From the NCBI RefSeq assembly GCF_001194135.2, contig NC_068981.1, positions 58,125,753 to 58,189,752 of the forward strand: DNA of 64,000 nt, in the 5' to 3' direction. Below the pieces are notes generated by a model. The model had not been told where the DNA came from. It saw only the letters and a list, made by a program, of their open reading frames with translations, and made no database searches. Below are positions 1-12,760 of the stretch, piece after piece (positions within the stretch are counted from its first letter, which is position 1; every line of letters starts with the position of its first letter). Position numbers and translations under genes: made by a program. This stretch comes from Octopus bimaculoides. Its lineage: Eukaryota.

Positions 1-305
1 TGATTCGCTCCCTAATTAGTTGGGCTATGACCCTCTCTGTAACTTTCATAACCTGATCTAACAGCTTGATGCCTCTGTAATTATTTGTATCTAAAGTGTC
101 ACCTTTACCTTTGTAGCAGTTGACTATGATGCTGCTACACAGTCATTGGGTATGACTCCTTCGTGTATCACCTGGTTCGTAATACGGGTGACTAGGCTGT
201 AACCAACACTGCCAGATATTTTGAGCATCTCTGCAGTGATTCCTGATGGACCGGGGGCTTTCCCTGTCTTCATACTCTTAATTGCTTTATCTACCCTGGT
301 ACTAT
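1..305 (-). mobile_element. RTE-clade LINE fragment (N-terminal part of RT domain)
   Basis: Minus-strand translation IKSMKTGKAPGPSGITAEMLK...VIHEGVIPND*...CYKGKGD; near-identical in protein terms to the longer copy at 57725-57991. Confidence 0.9.
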
Positions 306-2469
306 CCAAAATCAGAATAAAATAGGACATTTAGTTTGTCTATTTACTATTACATAATTTTTGCATGCATTTCACAACAAATATCAGTATATCTAATACC
401 TGATTGGAATTTAGATATACAAGGATTTATATGGAGTTCTGATCAATGGTTAACCATTATGCTATCTCATTTGAAAAAGCAATTATTCAATTCATGTACA
501 TATAATGTGCACGTGCACACCTATTTGTTAATCTATTATAGGCAGCATCTATATGACCACTCAACTTGGTAGAAACAACAGTCAAACCTTTCTTAAATCA
601 CACCCTACCATTTTAAAAAGGAAACCTAGTATATATGTAAACCTAACAATGATTGATTGTATTTCCCTGTCCCCTATAAATTTATGAAGCTGTATCTGTA
701 TCATAAGAACAACAAAGAAATCACCAATATTAGTCAAACAATCTTTTCTATGAAATAGTCAAGAATGGATTATTAAAAACCATCTGCTTAAATTGTGTTA
801 CTGTAATTATATTTCAGCACTTTTAAGAATAGAGCTATTATACATGTAGAAGTTTTATGTTGTTGTTTAGCTCTAGGTTAACCTGGATCAAATTTGTAGC
901 AAGGGCCAGAAAGGCTAAAAGGAACAGGGCAGAGTTATGCTCCCTCATTCTGTCATTGGTGGTGGCACTTTGATGGAACTTCTGCTAGAGAGGTATCAAA
1001 ACCCTAGTCAGACATCCATTCTCTCTCTTTTTCTGTTTCCCTTTCTGGGCAGGCAGCTTGTCAACTGCCAACACAGCTAGGACCGCTAGCTCTCTTTTAC
1101 TCCTGGCCATGACAACTACCATGCTATGTAGCTAGAGCAATGCTCGCTCTCTATTCTTTGAGCATGAACCTTTAATCTTCAATGACTACTGGCTTAATTA
1201 CTACCCACACTGACTGATTAAATTCACTAATGAGGGAACAAACAGTTTGTACACCTTTTATATTATTTCGCAGGCACCTTTGTAAAACATGATGATATAA
1301 AACATGTTACACATAACCTTGTCTGAACATTGTTTGTCGCATACACATAAACACAGCACAACACTAAACAAATGAACCAGACTAATGCTTGGATCTATCC
1401 TAAAACTTGACCTATGATGACAGTGGGACCAGCTGTGACCATCCTTTTTTTATTTTTTAGGTATAATGTAACTAAGACTATGTTATTCAATGTGTTCTTA
1501 TTTCCATTTCTTTTTTTTTTTAACTGTAGAGCCTGATATGGCTTCTATTTCTAGCAGGATGAACAACTGCATAGTGGGCTCCTTTGTTACTTTACCAGTT
1601 GGATTGTTTTATGTACAGTCAATGTTCTGTTAACAGGAATATCTTCAACATGTCCTCATAAACAAAATTTTAGATAACAGTAAACTTGTGATGCTTCATA
1701 AAATATTCTGCTCTGTGTCATTTGGATTCACTGCACAAACTACATAATTCCATAATATTCGCCTCTTTATTTCAGCTTTAACGTTGATTAGTAGTAACTG
1801 GAGTATTAAATTCAGCTTCAAATGGATTAATTTCAGAATCTAGAATTTGTTATTTCAAATACTGTTCTTATCTACAAATATAAAATCCTTTTACAACCTT
1901 TGTGTTATTTGTAAAAAAAATTTGCAGTGATTTTATTCAGATAAGCACTGAGTATTGCTTGTCCAGCCAAGTTATTCAAGAGAGCAATCCCAATGATTGG
2001 CAAGCTTCCTTTTGAAGCTAATCCAATAAAACTTTCAATATACATTGGTGATCCCTTAAACTTTTGTTAAAAGTTTAATAGGAAAAAATTTCATGACTAA
2101 GAAATAATTCAACAGACGAAATTGTTAGAGAAAGCATGATTGGCAGCTAAGAAAGCTGGTAATTCCCAACTATTTCAGGGAAACAATATCACAAACTATG
2201 ATCTGTTTGTTAGTGTTGACTTGAGTTATCTTTTAATAGTACATAGACTGTCTTTTCTTGGGACAATTCCAGACAACTAGAGAAGTGTGCTTACATGAAT
2301 TAAGTAATTTCCTGGCTTGGTGAAAAGCCATTTAGAAAGTGAGAGTTGACAAATCTAATGTGAACTCTATATTCTACAGCAAGTAACAAATAGATCAAAC
2401 AATTTGGATACTTCTTCAAGCTATAATGCTTATTATCCAAGTTAGAATAATAGTTTTAAATATTCATCT

Positions 2470-2690
2470 TTTTGTCTATTGTAGATAGACAAACATATAG
2501 TTAGATAAAGAGAAGGAAAGTAAAAAGGTGAAGAAATGAAGAGAGGAAGAGATAAAGAGGTAAACAAATAAAGAGAGAAAGATAAAGAGGTGAAGGAATA
2601 AAGAGATAAACAGGTGAACAAATAAAGAAAGGAAGTGGTAAAGAAATAAAGAAAGGAAGTGACAAATAATAAAGATAATAATAATATTGA
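2470..2690. repeat. GA/AAAG-rich low-complexity tract
   Basis: Imperfect repeats such as GATAAAGAGGTGAA and AAATAAAGAAAGGAAG. Confidence 0.8.
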
Positions 2691-2729
2691 ACTTATTGTA
2701 TACAGTACTAAAGTGCACTACAACTCATC

Positions 2730-3950
2730 AGAAAAAGTAGCCAAAAGTGCATGAACGGTACTTAGAATAATGCACAGGAAATGGGTTGTTTAATGGCCTC
2801 AGATGTACTGTTGGTGAATTTCAGGAAACATGGAAGTTTTGAAGGATGTAGTGTCCAGACAGCTAACAACTGATGTGGGAGTTTTTTCCATGCTTCAGCA
2901 ATCCTGAATGTGGAAAAATGTTTCTGAAAGTCATGGGAGCTGTGTTGTTTTTTTATATTTTGTAAGCAATTCCATGAGTGTTTGACATATGGAATTCAAA
3001 AACATGCTCAAGGCTGTTGTTGGAAAGATGGTGGATAATCTTGTGGGTATCTATCAAGTCAGTTGTCAGACATTAGAGTTTTAATGTCTCTGCCCAAGCA
3101 AGCAAGATTTTTAGAGTATGGTAGATGTATGACAGCAGGTTTCCTTTGGTTGCAGGTTTCTGAACAGTTTCCATGAAATGATAAGCTGAGCAAGATAGGG
3201 AATCCAGAATGGTGATGCAAAGTCTAAGTGTGGACATACCACAGTCATATACAGTTTAAATAGATAGCTGGAGAGTAGCTGACAAAGGTCTTACTGAATG
3301 ATGCTAAGACACCCTCAGCCTTTTTGAGAGTTTTAGAGATATGATATGTCCAATGCAAATTGCTGTTGACAATAATACCCAGGTCATGTTCACTAGCGGA
3401 CCTTTTAGGACTGATGTTGTTGAGGAAGTATGTAAAAGCTGGGTTTTCCTTCTCAAAATTCATGATGGTGCATTTGTCCACAGACAGCTTGAGTTTCCTG
3501 TCAGTAATCCATTGCATGAAAAATGTATAGCATATAGGATCTATTCTTTTGATCTCAAGATACAGATTAATGTCATCTGCATATTTAAATGCTGTAACAT
3601 TCTTGGCATCTATGTTATTAACGTATGCAATAAACAACAGGGGTCCAAGAACAGGTCATTGTGGTACACCAGATGTCATCTCATAGGGTGAAGAACATTA
3701 GAACTGTGACTACTACTTTTTGACAGAGAATGAAGGACTTTAACCAGTTATAAAGGTTATCTTTTGTACCCATTGCAGAGAGTTTTGACATAAGTCATTT
3801 GTGTGGCACAGAACTGAAGGCTGTAGCAAAATCAAGATAGATCACATCTGTCCCATGAGCTGCCATCAGTGATTTGGGTGATGTTTCAAGAAACTCAGTG
3901 AGTTGACCCCTAGAGTTAGGGATAAATCCAAATTGACAGGTAAAGAGATA
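2730..3950 (-). mobile_element. CR1/Jockey-group LINE RT fragment, degenerate
   Basis: Minus-strand motifs in RT order: DVIYLDFATAFSSVPHK (~3790-3850), GVPQ*PVLGPLLF (~3630-3670), FKYADD, DKCTIM, EHDLGIIV; stops and frameshifts present. Confidence 0.88.
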
Positions 3951-4055
3951 AAGAATTAAAGACAGAAAGAGGTAAAGAGGTGAAGAAATAATGTCAAGTG
4001 GCAGGGAGAGAAATAAGACATGAAATATATAGTTTTATGTAAGAAGAAAACTTAC

Positions 4056-4104
4056 TTCTTTCTTCAAAACTCCACTTGGGCAATCTTTCATGAAATCCCT
4101 ATAC
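4056..4104 (-). CDS. 49-nt internal coding exon of a neuronal calcium sensor (NCS-1/frequenin/neurocalcin family) gene, EF-hand 1 region
   Basis: tttacttcttttacag|G TAT AGG GAT TTC ATG AAA GAT TGC CCA AGT GGA GTT TTG AAG AAA GAA|gtaagt = (W)YRDFMKDCPSGVLKKE. Strong acceptor and donor, NCS hallmark DCPSG, and phase matches the exon at 42076-42100. Confidence 0.93.
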
Positions 4105-4499
4105 CTGTAAAAGAAGTAAATTATTAAACAGAGAATCACTATCAATAAAATAACTTTCAAAGACTAAAATGAAATTTCAAACATGACAGCAGAATTATTA
4201 CTAATCTTATTTACTGACTAATAATTTGCTGAAACCATAAAAATTTGATATCACAATATTTGACTAGTTTTATCTCTCTTTTCATTTTTTTTTATCTAAT
4301 AATTTACCTTTCTTATAATCAAAGATCCATTTTCATTATGAACAGTATAAACTGTTGGAAAAAGTTTTCTGCCAAAAATTGATTAACTTTTTAATATATT
4401 TATAGCAAGCTAATCATGTTCACTGTCAACTTTTCTACTCAGTAATCAGTCTGTATGTATGAATTGTGCATTGGTTAGCAAAGCTGATTTGCCAGATTT

Positions 4500-4652
4500 A
4501 TTTAAAATAGGAATTGGCATAAGCATTCAGTCCACAACCATGTGACTTCAGGTTCAGTCCCACTGTGTCAAACCTTGGGCAAGTGTCTTCTATTATAGCC
4601 CAGATCAGACTGAAGTTTTGCGAGTGGATTTGGTAAAAAAATTGAAAGAAGC

Positions 4653-4731
<79 letters not shown>

Positions 4732-4799
4732 GTGTGTGTTGTGTGTGCATGTGTGTGTGTGCACCTGTTGTGTCTGTATGTGTGTGAGTGTGAACATGT

Positions 4800-4839
<40 letters not shown>

Positions 4840-5075
4840 ATTTTGTGACATTGTCTTTACATTGTGCTAAGTTACCATCAAACAAGCAATTTGTTCCTCT
4901 GCAATCTCTCACAAAAATTGTCTGTTCATGTTTAAAGGACTGTGGGAAATATTACTTTGCTTGGAAACAGGTGAAGTTTGCTAACAAAAAGAGCATCTGG
5001 CCATAAAAATCTGCTTCCATGAATTCTATCTGACCCATATAAGCATGGTAAAATGGGCATTAAAATGATGATGTG
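4500..5075 (+). mobile_element. Composite tRNA-derived SINE (head + (TG)n + RTE-like tail)
   Basis: Head CAACCATGTGACTTCAGGTTCAGTCCCACTGTG..CTTGGGCAAGTGTCTTC, then (TG)n, then tail CTTGGAAACAGGTGA..GACCCAT..AGCATGG..TTAAAATGATGATG; the same layout recurs many times in the window. Confidence 0.8.
4656..4838. repeat. (TG)n microsatellite
   Basis: Directly visible; produces the CVCV/THTH ORFs. Confidence 0.98.
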
Positions 5076-5469
5076 CACACATCATATGTACACATACACA
5101 TATATTTGGGGAAAGAGAGAAGGAGAGAGAGAGAGTGCATGTGTGTGAGAGGAAATTAGTGAGAAATAGAAACAGACATACATGAAAATTTACAATGATT
5201 TATGTGCTGAGGTTAACATTTTATTACTAATAGAGAAAGTTTTTGAACTGTCAACATGATCTATTTTGTAATATATTCATAAATGTCTATATTGCAGACA
5301 AGTTTATTTATTGCCATCATCAGGCACAACATTCATTACATTTATATATGTTTGTACACGTATTAACAATGGATTTGACTTTACAAAGCTTTACTTCATG
5401 CAATGATCTCCACTATGTCAAAGTCCTGCAAGCATAGATCAGCACAAGTTATTCAAGCCTCAAAAAGAT

Positions 5470-5700
5470 AGCTGAGAAGCTTGTGGCATAGTGGATAAGA
5501 GCATTGGAATCTCGGTTGAAAAAATGATATCAAGTTGACACCTGTACACAGATAAGAAAAGCATGCCTCCCCACCACCTTCCTGATGAACATACATCAAC
5601 TTAAACAAAGTAGAATGATTTACCAATACCTAACAAACTTGAGGTGATGGTTAGTGTAAAAACTTTCTTCAAAAGTAGTAGTTTGACAAATGGAGAATGA
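5470..5700 (+). mobile_element. Degenerate tRNA-derived SINE
   Basis: A-box TGGCATAGTGG followed by ATAAGAGCATTGGAATC; B-box is degenerate. Confidence 0.5.
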
Positions 5701-7199
5701 TAAAAGATATAACTGTAATCAACGTGATCAACTAAAACTGTTGATGGTAATAGTCAAGCATAATTGCAATCCAAACCAGAAAACTAATAAAAGAATATCT
5801 ATAATATATTTATCAAGTGGAAAGTGAAAGAATTAGAGGAATAATTCCTGTCTTATCTGAGTTTGCAGTTTGATTTCAGTTGAAGTCTGGTTCAGTTGAA
5901 ACCACACAACTTCAGCTGAAGTCTGATTCAACCAGGCTGAAAATTCAATCCGGTTTCTGACTTGTGAGACAATAACTTTATCATGATATACAATTGTAAC
6001 AGAGTGTTGGAGGTGAAATTGTTGGCTGGATTAAAAATAATGAAATTGCTTCAGTCATGAATATAACATTATGAAAACTTGTTTTGGAAGAAACAAAATT
6101 CTTATGCTATTGTAACAGAACCATCATAGAAATACAGTTTGATGAGGTAATTATCTAAAAAAAAAAAAATTTACTAGGTCTTCAAGTTTATCATTCAAAA
6201 GCAATTTGAATCAAATATTAGTTCAAATATTTTACAATTCAGACACTTGAAAGCTTTATTTTGTTACATTCCAATTACTAAACTAGCAATATTATTCTAG
6301 TAATTTACAATTCTTAAATGATATAAAAATTCTTCAAAAGGAGGAGGATAATGAGGATTTCTTATTGGTCTATACTCTTTCCCAAGTATATAAAAATGAA
6401 CAGGCGGATCAAGGGCAGACAATCTTTGATAATAGATAAAAGAGTCAGGCTATGGTTAATCCATAACTACAAAAGGAGTAATAAAGAGAGATGTGGGGAG
6501 GAGAAAGAAAGACAAAAAGGAAGAGGTGTGGAAACTACTTTAGAAGCAATAAGCATTAGTTTTAGCATAATCCTTTGATTTTCTCAATATTTAATCTATT
6601 AAATTCTAACAGAATGAAGTGTCTTATAACTCAGTACTCCACATCTATGCTAATACGCTTCAACTAATCTTTGGTTCTTCACAGTTTCAATACTGTTACT
6701 AATCTCTAAATGAGCTCATGTTTTCTATTGTTGTTTTAAATCTTTTATCTGCATTATCACACTGAGAATCTGCAACTATCATCTTTCTTTTATAAAGAAT
6801 AGAGGAAACAAAACTTTCCTGAGCAGCCTTTCTCTAGAATCTTCATTGTTAAGCAAACAGAACATGTTTTTCACAGAGAGAGCCATGGGGAGATGTGTGT
6901 GTGTACATGCATGCGTGTGTGTATGTGTGGTGAAAGAGAGAAGAATACACTGATATCTAACCAACTACATGCAAAAATACTATCATGGAAAGTTGTCTTT
7001 GGAAGTTAAATTCCTGTGACTAGCCTACATTCATTTTCATAGGTGTATTACTGTTAGCAATATAGGTATTACTGTTAGCAGACTATAATTAAAATTTTGC
7101 TCTTAACATTCTCATCACTGTTATTGTTATTATTTTTGTGTTTACTTAACTATGCTTGCACAGGTTAAATGACTTAATAGAGATAAATGTTTTTAAATG

Positions 7200-7510
7200 G
7201 CTGGAGGCTTTTCTTGTTTCCAAGCAAGGTCTATCAAATGATGCACAGTCAAGGCATGTTTTCATGGAAAATTGTAAACAAACTTATAATCAGTGCACAA
7301 ATATCAAGATAAAATGAATACATATTCATGCACACAAGTATAGCGACACATACACATGCAAAAACACACACACAATAAGCTTCTTCCAGTTTCTGTTTAC
7401 CAAATTTCACTCACATGGCATTGGTTAATATTGAAGAAGACATCATCCAACAGTGTCCATCCAGTAATTCCAAAATGAACACTTAACCATACAACAATGC
7501 TTGCACCATT
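7200..7510 (-). mobile_element. Degenerate composite SINE
   Basis: Reverse copies of the tail (TTGTTTCCAAGCAAGG) and head (CTTCTTCCAGTTTCTGTTTACCAAATTTCACTCAC) modules separated by a CA tract. Confidence 0.6.
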
Positions 7511-9192
7511 GTATATGTATGTATATATTTTATCATGATTGATGAACACTGATGTCATTTGTTACAAATTACTCATGTGCGAATTTGTTCACTACATTTC
7601 TAACAGCACAAGAGTCAATGGAGTGTCTGTAACTCAGGGAACAACAAATATCCCAAGAGGCTTCTTATGCAGAGTGCTGATTTTTCACTTTATTGAAAGA
7701 ACTTATAGCTTGAAGAAAGCATTGATTATCCTCTACATTTACTGTCTCTATGAAAAATTGCTGTTAGGGTATCTTTAAAAGGTAAGCATCTGATTTTGTG
7801 ATCTTCAAAGAAAAAGTACATTTCTTTGTACAAACATTCAGGAGAAAGTTCTACAGAAATATCAATGGCCAATATGTGAAAAAGTCACTTTAGAACCACA
7901 CCTATATCATGAATGAAAATTTCTGTTTTCTAAAATGCTAAAGAATATATTAAAAAGTAAACAATATTGTTGCTGTTCTTTAAACTACAAGAAATGTACT
8001 CAAAATCACAAATAAGTTAAAAACCAAGATGTTTTTAATAGTCACTTTATGGTTATGTTTAGCATTGATATAGAAGTACCATATAGATATAGTCAGTTCA
8101 TAGCCATTTTATTTGTTGCTCTTTAGCTTTAAGTCAACTCTGATTGAGAAGACTTGTAACCAAAGGCATTTCATCCATGACATTCCCGTAGTTTTAGAAG
8201 TGTCTACATCTATATTATCTAATTAGCCCTCCCTTTGTTTTAGGGAATTTAAGATGTTTGAGGAAGGTCTGTGGTTTGTCTTTATCAGAGTGAATGATCA
8301 AGTAGAGGTTCGTTTTACTTCACTTATTCTATGTGTGTGTGATTTCAAGCAGTAGTTATAATACTAGAAATAGCTTGGCTCCATCAAATTGATTTTTCCT
8401 TAATATACTTTTAAAGTCTTTACTGATGATCAAATGACCCATTAAGAGTTATAAGACATTTTACTTTTCTCTATAACAATGTAAACAGTCCATTTAGCAT
8501 TCAGAAACATATTTCTTCAATACTAGACATATACTTCAATAAATAATCAAGAAATTCATTTAAAATCTCAAAGAAACAGCTCCAGTGAATTTGGCAATGT
8601 TCTTCTTTATTTCTGAAAAACCATTAACAGTTGGCCTAAAAACCCAGTTCTTCTAAATCTAAAACAAGAATCAGGTCATAACCTCTCTAAGCTTCACTTG
8701 AAGGAAACTATTCAAACTTTAGGATAAGAATTGACATTTCTTGCTTCAAAAGATATTAGAATTTGAAATTTATCAATAATATAATGGAACATGATGGTTA
8801 TACAGTTTACTGACTGGCAGCTAATAGGATTCCTGAAATAACAAAACATGTCAGAAAATTTTCACCTAGATAGGACACCAGTCTGTATCACCATCTTAAG
8901 GCATAGGGTCACTGAGCATTTACCTCTGACCCCACTGGTGGAGGGGCCCAATACTTATCTATGTATGCTGTGATTTTGTTACCATTAAGTATATGTAAGG
9001 GTCCTTGTGCATTGATTTACTGCTAAGATATTCTAGCTGGTCTGTCACTCCGAGAAAATAATTGAACTCAGAATGCAAAACAAATGAATCAACTCTGATC
9101 AAGCAAATATCAGGTGAAAGTTGTTCCAGCCTTTTCTTTCACACAAGCTGAATCTAGAACTATATTATTTAATGTATTTTTTGCCTTTTTAA

Positions 9193-9409
9193 CCCTTTTG
9201 TTACCATATTTTTAATGAAATACACAATCTTTGTTTCAATTAATTTTGAAATTGATGAAGGATTTAGTAAAATAATTTTGTTATTAAGCTTTTGTCTGGA
9301 GCATACATTAACACAATATTTTGATGGATGGTTTTAATTTAGATCACTTTAAAACAAGAGATTTCTATCGTAATATCAGAGTAGTCTCAGGTAGATTAGT
9401 ATCAAGCAG
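9193..9409. mobile_element. TTAA-flanked MITE (piggyBac-type ends), family also at ~42385-42610
   Basis: TTAA|CCCTTTTGTTACCA ... TAGTATCAAGCAG|TTAA; the body aligns by eye with 42385-42610, whose right end is TTGGTATCAAAAGG. Confidence 0.6.
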
Positions 9410-9724
9410 TTAAGGTTGTGTGATTTTAGGGTTATTTGGTTGATATTTCCAGCAAGTTGAGTAATTACGTGAAGGCTGTGTCACGGGCTTGATCAGTTGT
9501 ACATTTCAGATTGTAGATACTTGCAATAGGTACATGTAACCCTTCCAATACGTGTCATAACTAATGACTTAAAACTCCATCAGTTTACTGGATGACGACA
9601 TTGTGGATATATAGGTGGCGCAAAAATAAAACCTATTAAAGCATGGACGAGAATCTCAAAGAAACCCACAACCAATAATATCTAGAGAAAATGGGTACTA
9701 TTAGGTTATTTGCCTATTGGAATA

Positions 9725-11020
9725 TGAGGTCTGATCCAATAAGTATCCAGATTGGTGCTATAAAAACAAAACTACAACACATACCGATTTGGCATTTAAT
9801 CTCCTTCAAAGTAGTCCCATTTGGAAGCCATACACTTAATCCGGTGTTGTTTCTATTGATGAAAGCATTTTTGGAACTCGTTTTCTGGGATAATCAGCAG
9901 CTGCCTCATTGCATTCACTTTGATTTCCTTGACGTCCTGAAATCTTCCTTTCAAGTGGGATTTGATTTTTGGAAAGAGGATAAAGTTGCAAGGGGTGAGA
10001 TCTGGGGAATACGGTGGCTATCGGACCTGGGGAATGCTGTGCCAAGCCAAAAACTGCTGCACAAGCTGCGCTGAATGGGCAGGGGCATTGTCATAGTGCA
10101 ATTGCCACTCACTGGATGCATGCAATTGTGGCCTTTTCTGATAAATAGCATCCCACAAATGCCTCAAAACATCATGGTAGTACTCCTTGTTTACCGTCTG
10201 ACCAGGTGGAGCATACTCATGATGAACAGTCCCCTTGTAATTGAAGAAAACGGTCAACAACATCTTCACATTGCTTCGACTCATGAGCGACTGGGGTCTT
10301 CCACTGCGAAGACCGAGCCTTTGTTTTGGAGTCATAGCCACAGACCCATGATTCATCACCCATTATGACCATTTTCATAAAGTTTTCATCGTTCTCAACA
10401 CAATCAAGGAGATCTTGTGCAACTGAAATCCAAGTGTTTTTTTGGTCAGTAGAAAGCAGTTTTGACACAAACTTGGCAGACAGGCATCTCATACCCAAAT
10501 CTTCAGTGATAATGGACTGAACTGAACCATAACTTATCTGCACGTCCTCTGATGACTCACAGATGGTGATTCGACAGCTGCATGCACATCTGCAAAGTTT
10601 TTCTCAGTTCTGCTGATTGCAGGTCTCACATAACGTTCGTCAATATCAACATTTTTTCGACCATATTGGAAATGTCTGAACCACTCATACACTTGTATGC
10701 AGCTCATACACTCCTCTCCATACACTTTCTGCAACTTTGCATAGGCCTCTAAACAGGTATCGCCAAACTTTTGGCAAAATTTGATGCAGATTCTCTGCTC
10801 AACTTTGTCTGTCATGGTAAATGCGACGATCACACGCTGCACACGTCCCTTCCAAGCACTACTCTAAACAGCAGAAGTGAGCTAGAATGTTAAAGCTTTA
10901 ACATTCTAGCTCACTTCTGCTGTTTAGAGTTCAAGGTCAATTTATGCCAAGCAGCTTCACCCTGCGTACTTTAGCTTCATTACTATGGCTACAGTCCGGA
11001 TACTTATTGATCAGACAACA
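9725..11020 (-). mobile_element. Near full-length mariner (DD34D-type) DNA transposon, ~1.3 kb, defective
   Basis: TA|TGAGGTCTGATCCAATAAGTATCCAGATTG ... CAGTCCGGATACTTATTGATCAGACAACA|TA: TIRs with TA target-site duplication; transposase on the minus strand. Confidence 0.95.
9796..10815 (-). pseudogene. Mariner transposase pseudogene
   Basis: MTDKVEQRICIKFC..., SAKFVSKLL, IMGDESW, HYDNAPAH, PPYSPDLTPCNF, ending YFEGD*; 34 residues between the 2nd and 3rd catalytic positions; frameshifts and an in-frame TAG. Confidence 0.93.
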
Positions 11021-11039
11021 TACACATTGTTGTGCATCA

Positions 11040-11570
11040 TCAGCATCCTTGAACTATGGATTTTAGTGAAATCATCATTATTTTAATGCTTGTATGGAAT
11101 TCAATGAAGCAGATCTTCCATGCTCAGATGCCCTACTTGTTGCCAACCCTCACTTGTCACCAATCAAGGTAATATTTCCCCCATGGTGGGAGATGCTTTT
11201 ACAGAAGACAGGAAACAAAGACACCACTTGTATGACTGATGCTCATTTACAGCTATCATGCCCTGTCAAGACAAGGAGACATAAAAACACACACCCATGC
11301 AAACACATACGTACATACATATATATATAAATACATACATATTATATATAAATGCATACCTATTTTACACATACACACATGTGCGCACATGTATACACAC
11401 ATACACACACACACACAGCTTATTTCAGTTTATGTCTATCAAATCCACTCACAAAGCTTTGGTCAACCCAAGGCAAGAGTAAAAGACACTTGCCCAAGGT
11501 TCCCCACAGTAAGACTGAACCTGAAACTATGTGGTTAGGAAGCAAATTTCTTAGCCCTGCAGTCATATAT
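11040..11570 (-). mobile_element. Composite tRNA-derived SINE
   Basis: Reverse head (11420-11560), CA/TA tract, reverse tail (11040-11290). Confidence 0.75.
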
Positions 11571-11729
11571 CTGGAAAAATAAATGTTTGTAGGCTTAAGG
11601 TGACCTTGTTCCAATGGATGTGTAATGTTAGTGTGCATGAAAGTTGTAGCACAGATGAACTGAGAGTAAAAATAGACATCAGAAAAATCAGTCATAGTGT
11701 ATAAGAGAGAAGACTACACTAATACAGAC

Positions 11730-12760
11730 ATGTGATGTACATGTAAACTGATAGTTGGATTACAGAAAATAAATAGATTACAACAATGCATATGTAAGTC
11801 TTCCTTTATTTTCTGCAAGCTACTAGCACTTGTAGCGTGGATCTGATCAAGTCTAGCTGAGTATAATAATTCAAAGTAATAAAAGATCAACACCCTCATG
11901 GCAGATTTAGTTAGAGTAATGCGGAATGTATCCCCACTATGCCAACCACAAGAATGACAACAACACATCCAGCACTACATATCCTGAATGCAACGTTACA
12001 GATATACACAGTACGATAGAATCAGAGTGTATAAAGGAGCATAAACAAGATTCGAACACATTCTAAGAGATGATGAAAACGGTATGTTCCCCCTATATCG
12101 CAACAAGTTCTGGAATTGGTTGGAGAGGAACACCAACAAAAGAAATAAAAACAATACTTGGTATGATAACAAGAAGTTTCACAGTGTAATGTTTGTTGAT
12201 GCTACACTAAAGAATGAGTTAAGTAAGGCCTTTAAGAAAATCCTGTGCACAACTGGCCTTAAGATCAAAGTTGTAGAAAAGACAGGTAGGACAATCAAAT
12301 CTGTATTAAGTAGATCATACCCATCTGATAGAATCATGTGTCAGAATAATTGTGCAGTATGTTCTACAAACCCACATGTGAACAGCAAAATGAAGAGCAC
12401 TGTATACTAGATTAAGTGCCAAGAAGGAGCTTATGTGATCATCCCAGAGTCATATATTGGTGAGACTTCTAGGAGCATCAATGATAGGTTCAAAGAACAC
12501 CTGGACAACTACATTGAAAAGAAACCAAACTCCATCTTCTATCAGTATGCTGTAGACTACCACAAGGGCTCCTTAGGGAGACTTAAGTTAAACATCTTAT
12601 CTACAAATCCCACTGATGCAATGCTGAGACAAGTCACTGAAGCTGTCTGTATACAAGAATACAAACCCACTCTCAACTGTAAATCCGAATGGGGTAACAC
12701 CCAGACTCCACTTGGGAGTACCCCTCTATAACCACCCCTTTCTCTCATTTACATGTAGAA
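11730..12760 (+). mobile_element. Penelope-like element 3' portion (RT thumb/linker + GIY-YIG endonuclease), defective
   Basis: NTLMADLVRVMRNVSP..., KVVEKTGRTIKSVL..CQNNCAVC, VY*IKCQ...YIGETSRSINDRFKEH...LRQVTEAVCIQEYKPTLN: GIY-YIG pattern preceded by a Cys linker. Confidence 0.88.

Noticed and set aside
895-1400. Possible solo LTR (starts TGTAGC, interrupts a short dispersed repeat)
   Set aside because: No matching CA terminus or target-site duplication could be identified.
1-4055. Search for the next NCS exon (EF..IY..FFP.GD..F)
   Set aside because: No matching minus-strand sequence seen; expected below coordinate 1.
4498-4912. ORFs of THTH/CVCV type (also 34573-34842, 51667-52078, 52415-52711) and KERK/FFLS ORFs at 38776-39285
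   Set aside because: Translations of (TG)n, (CA)n and (AAAG)n microsatellites.
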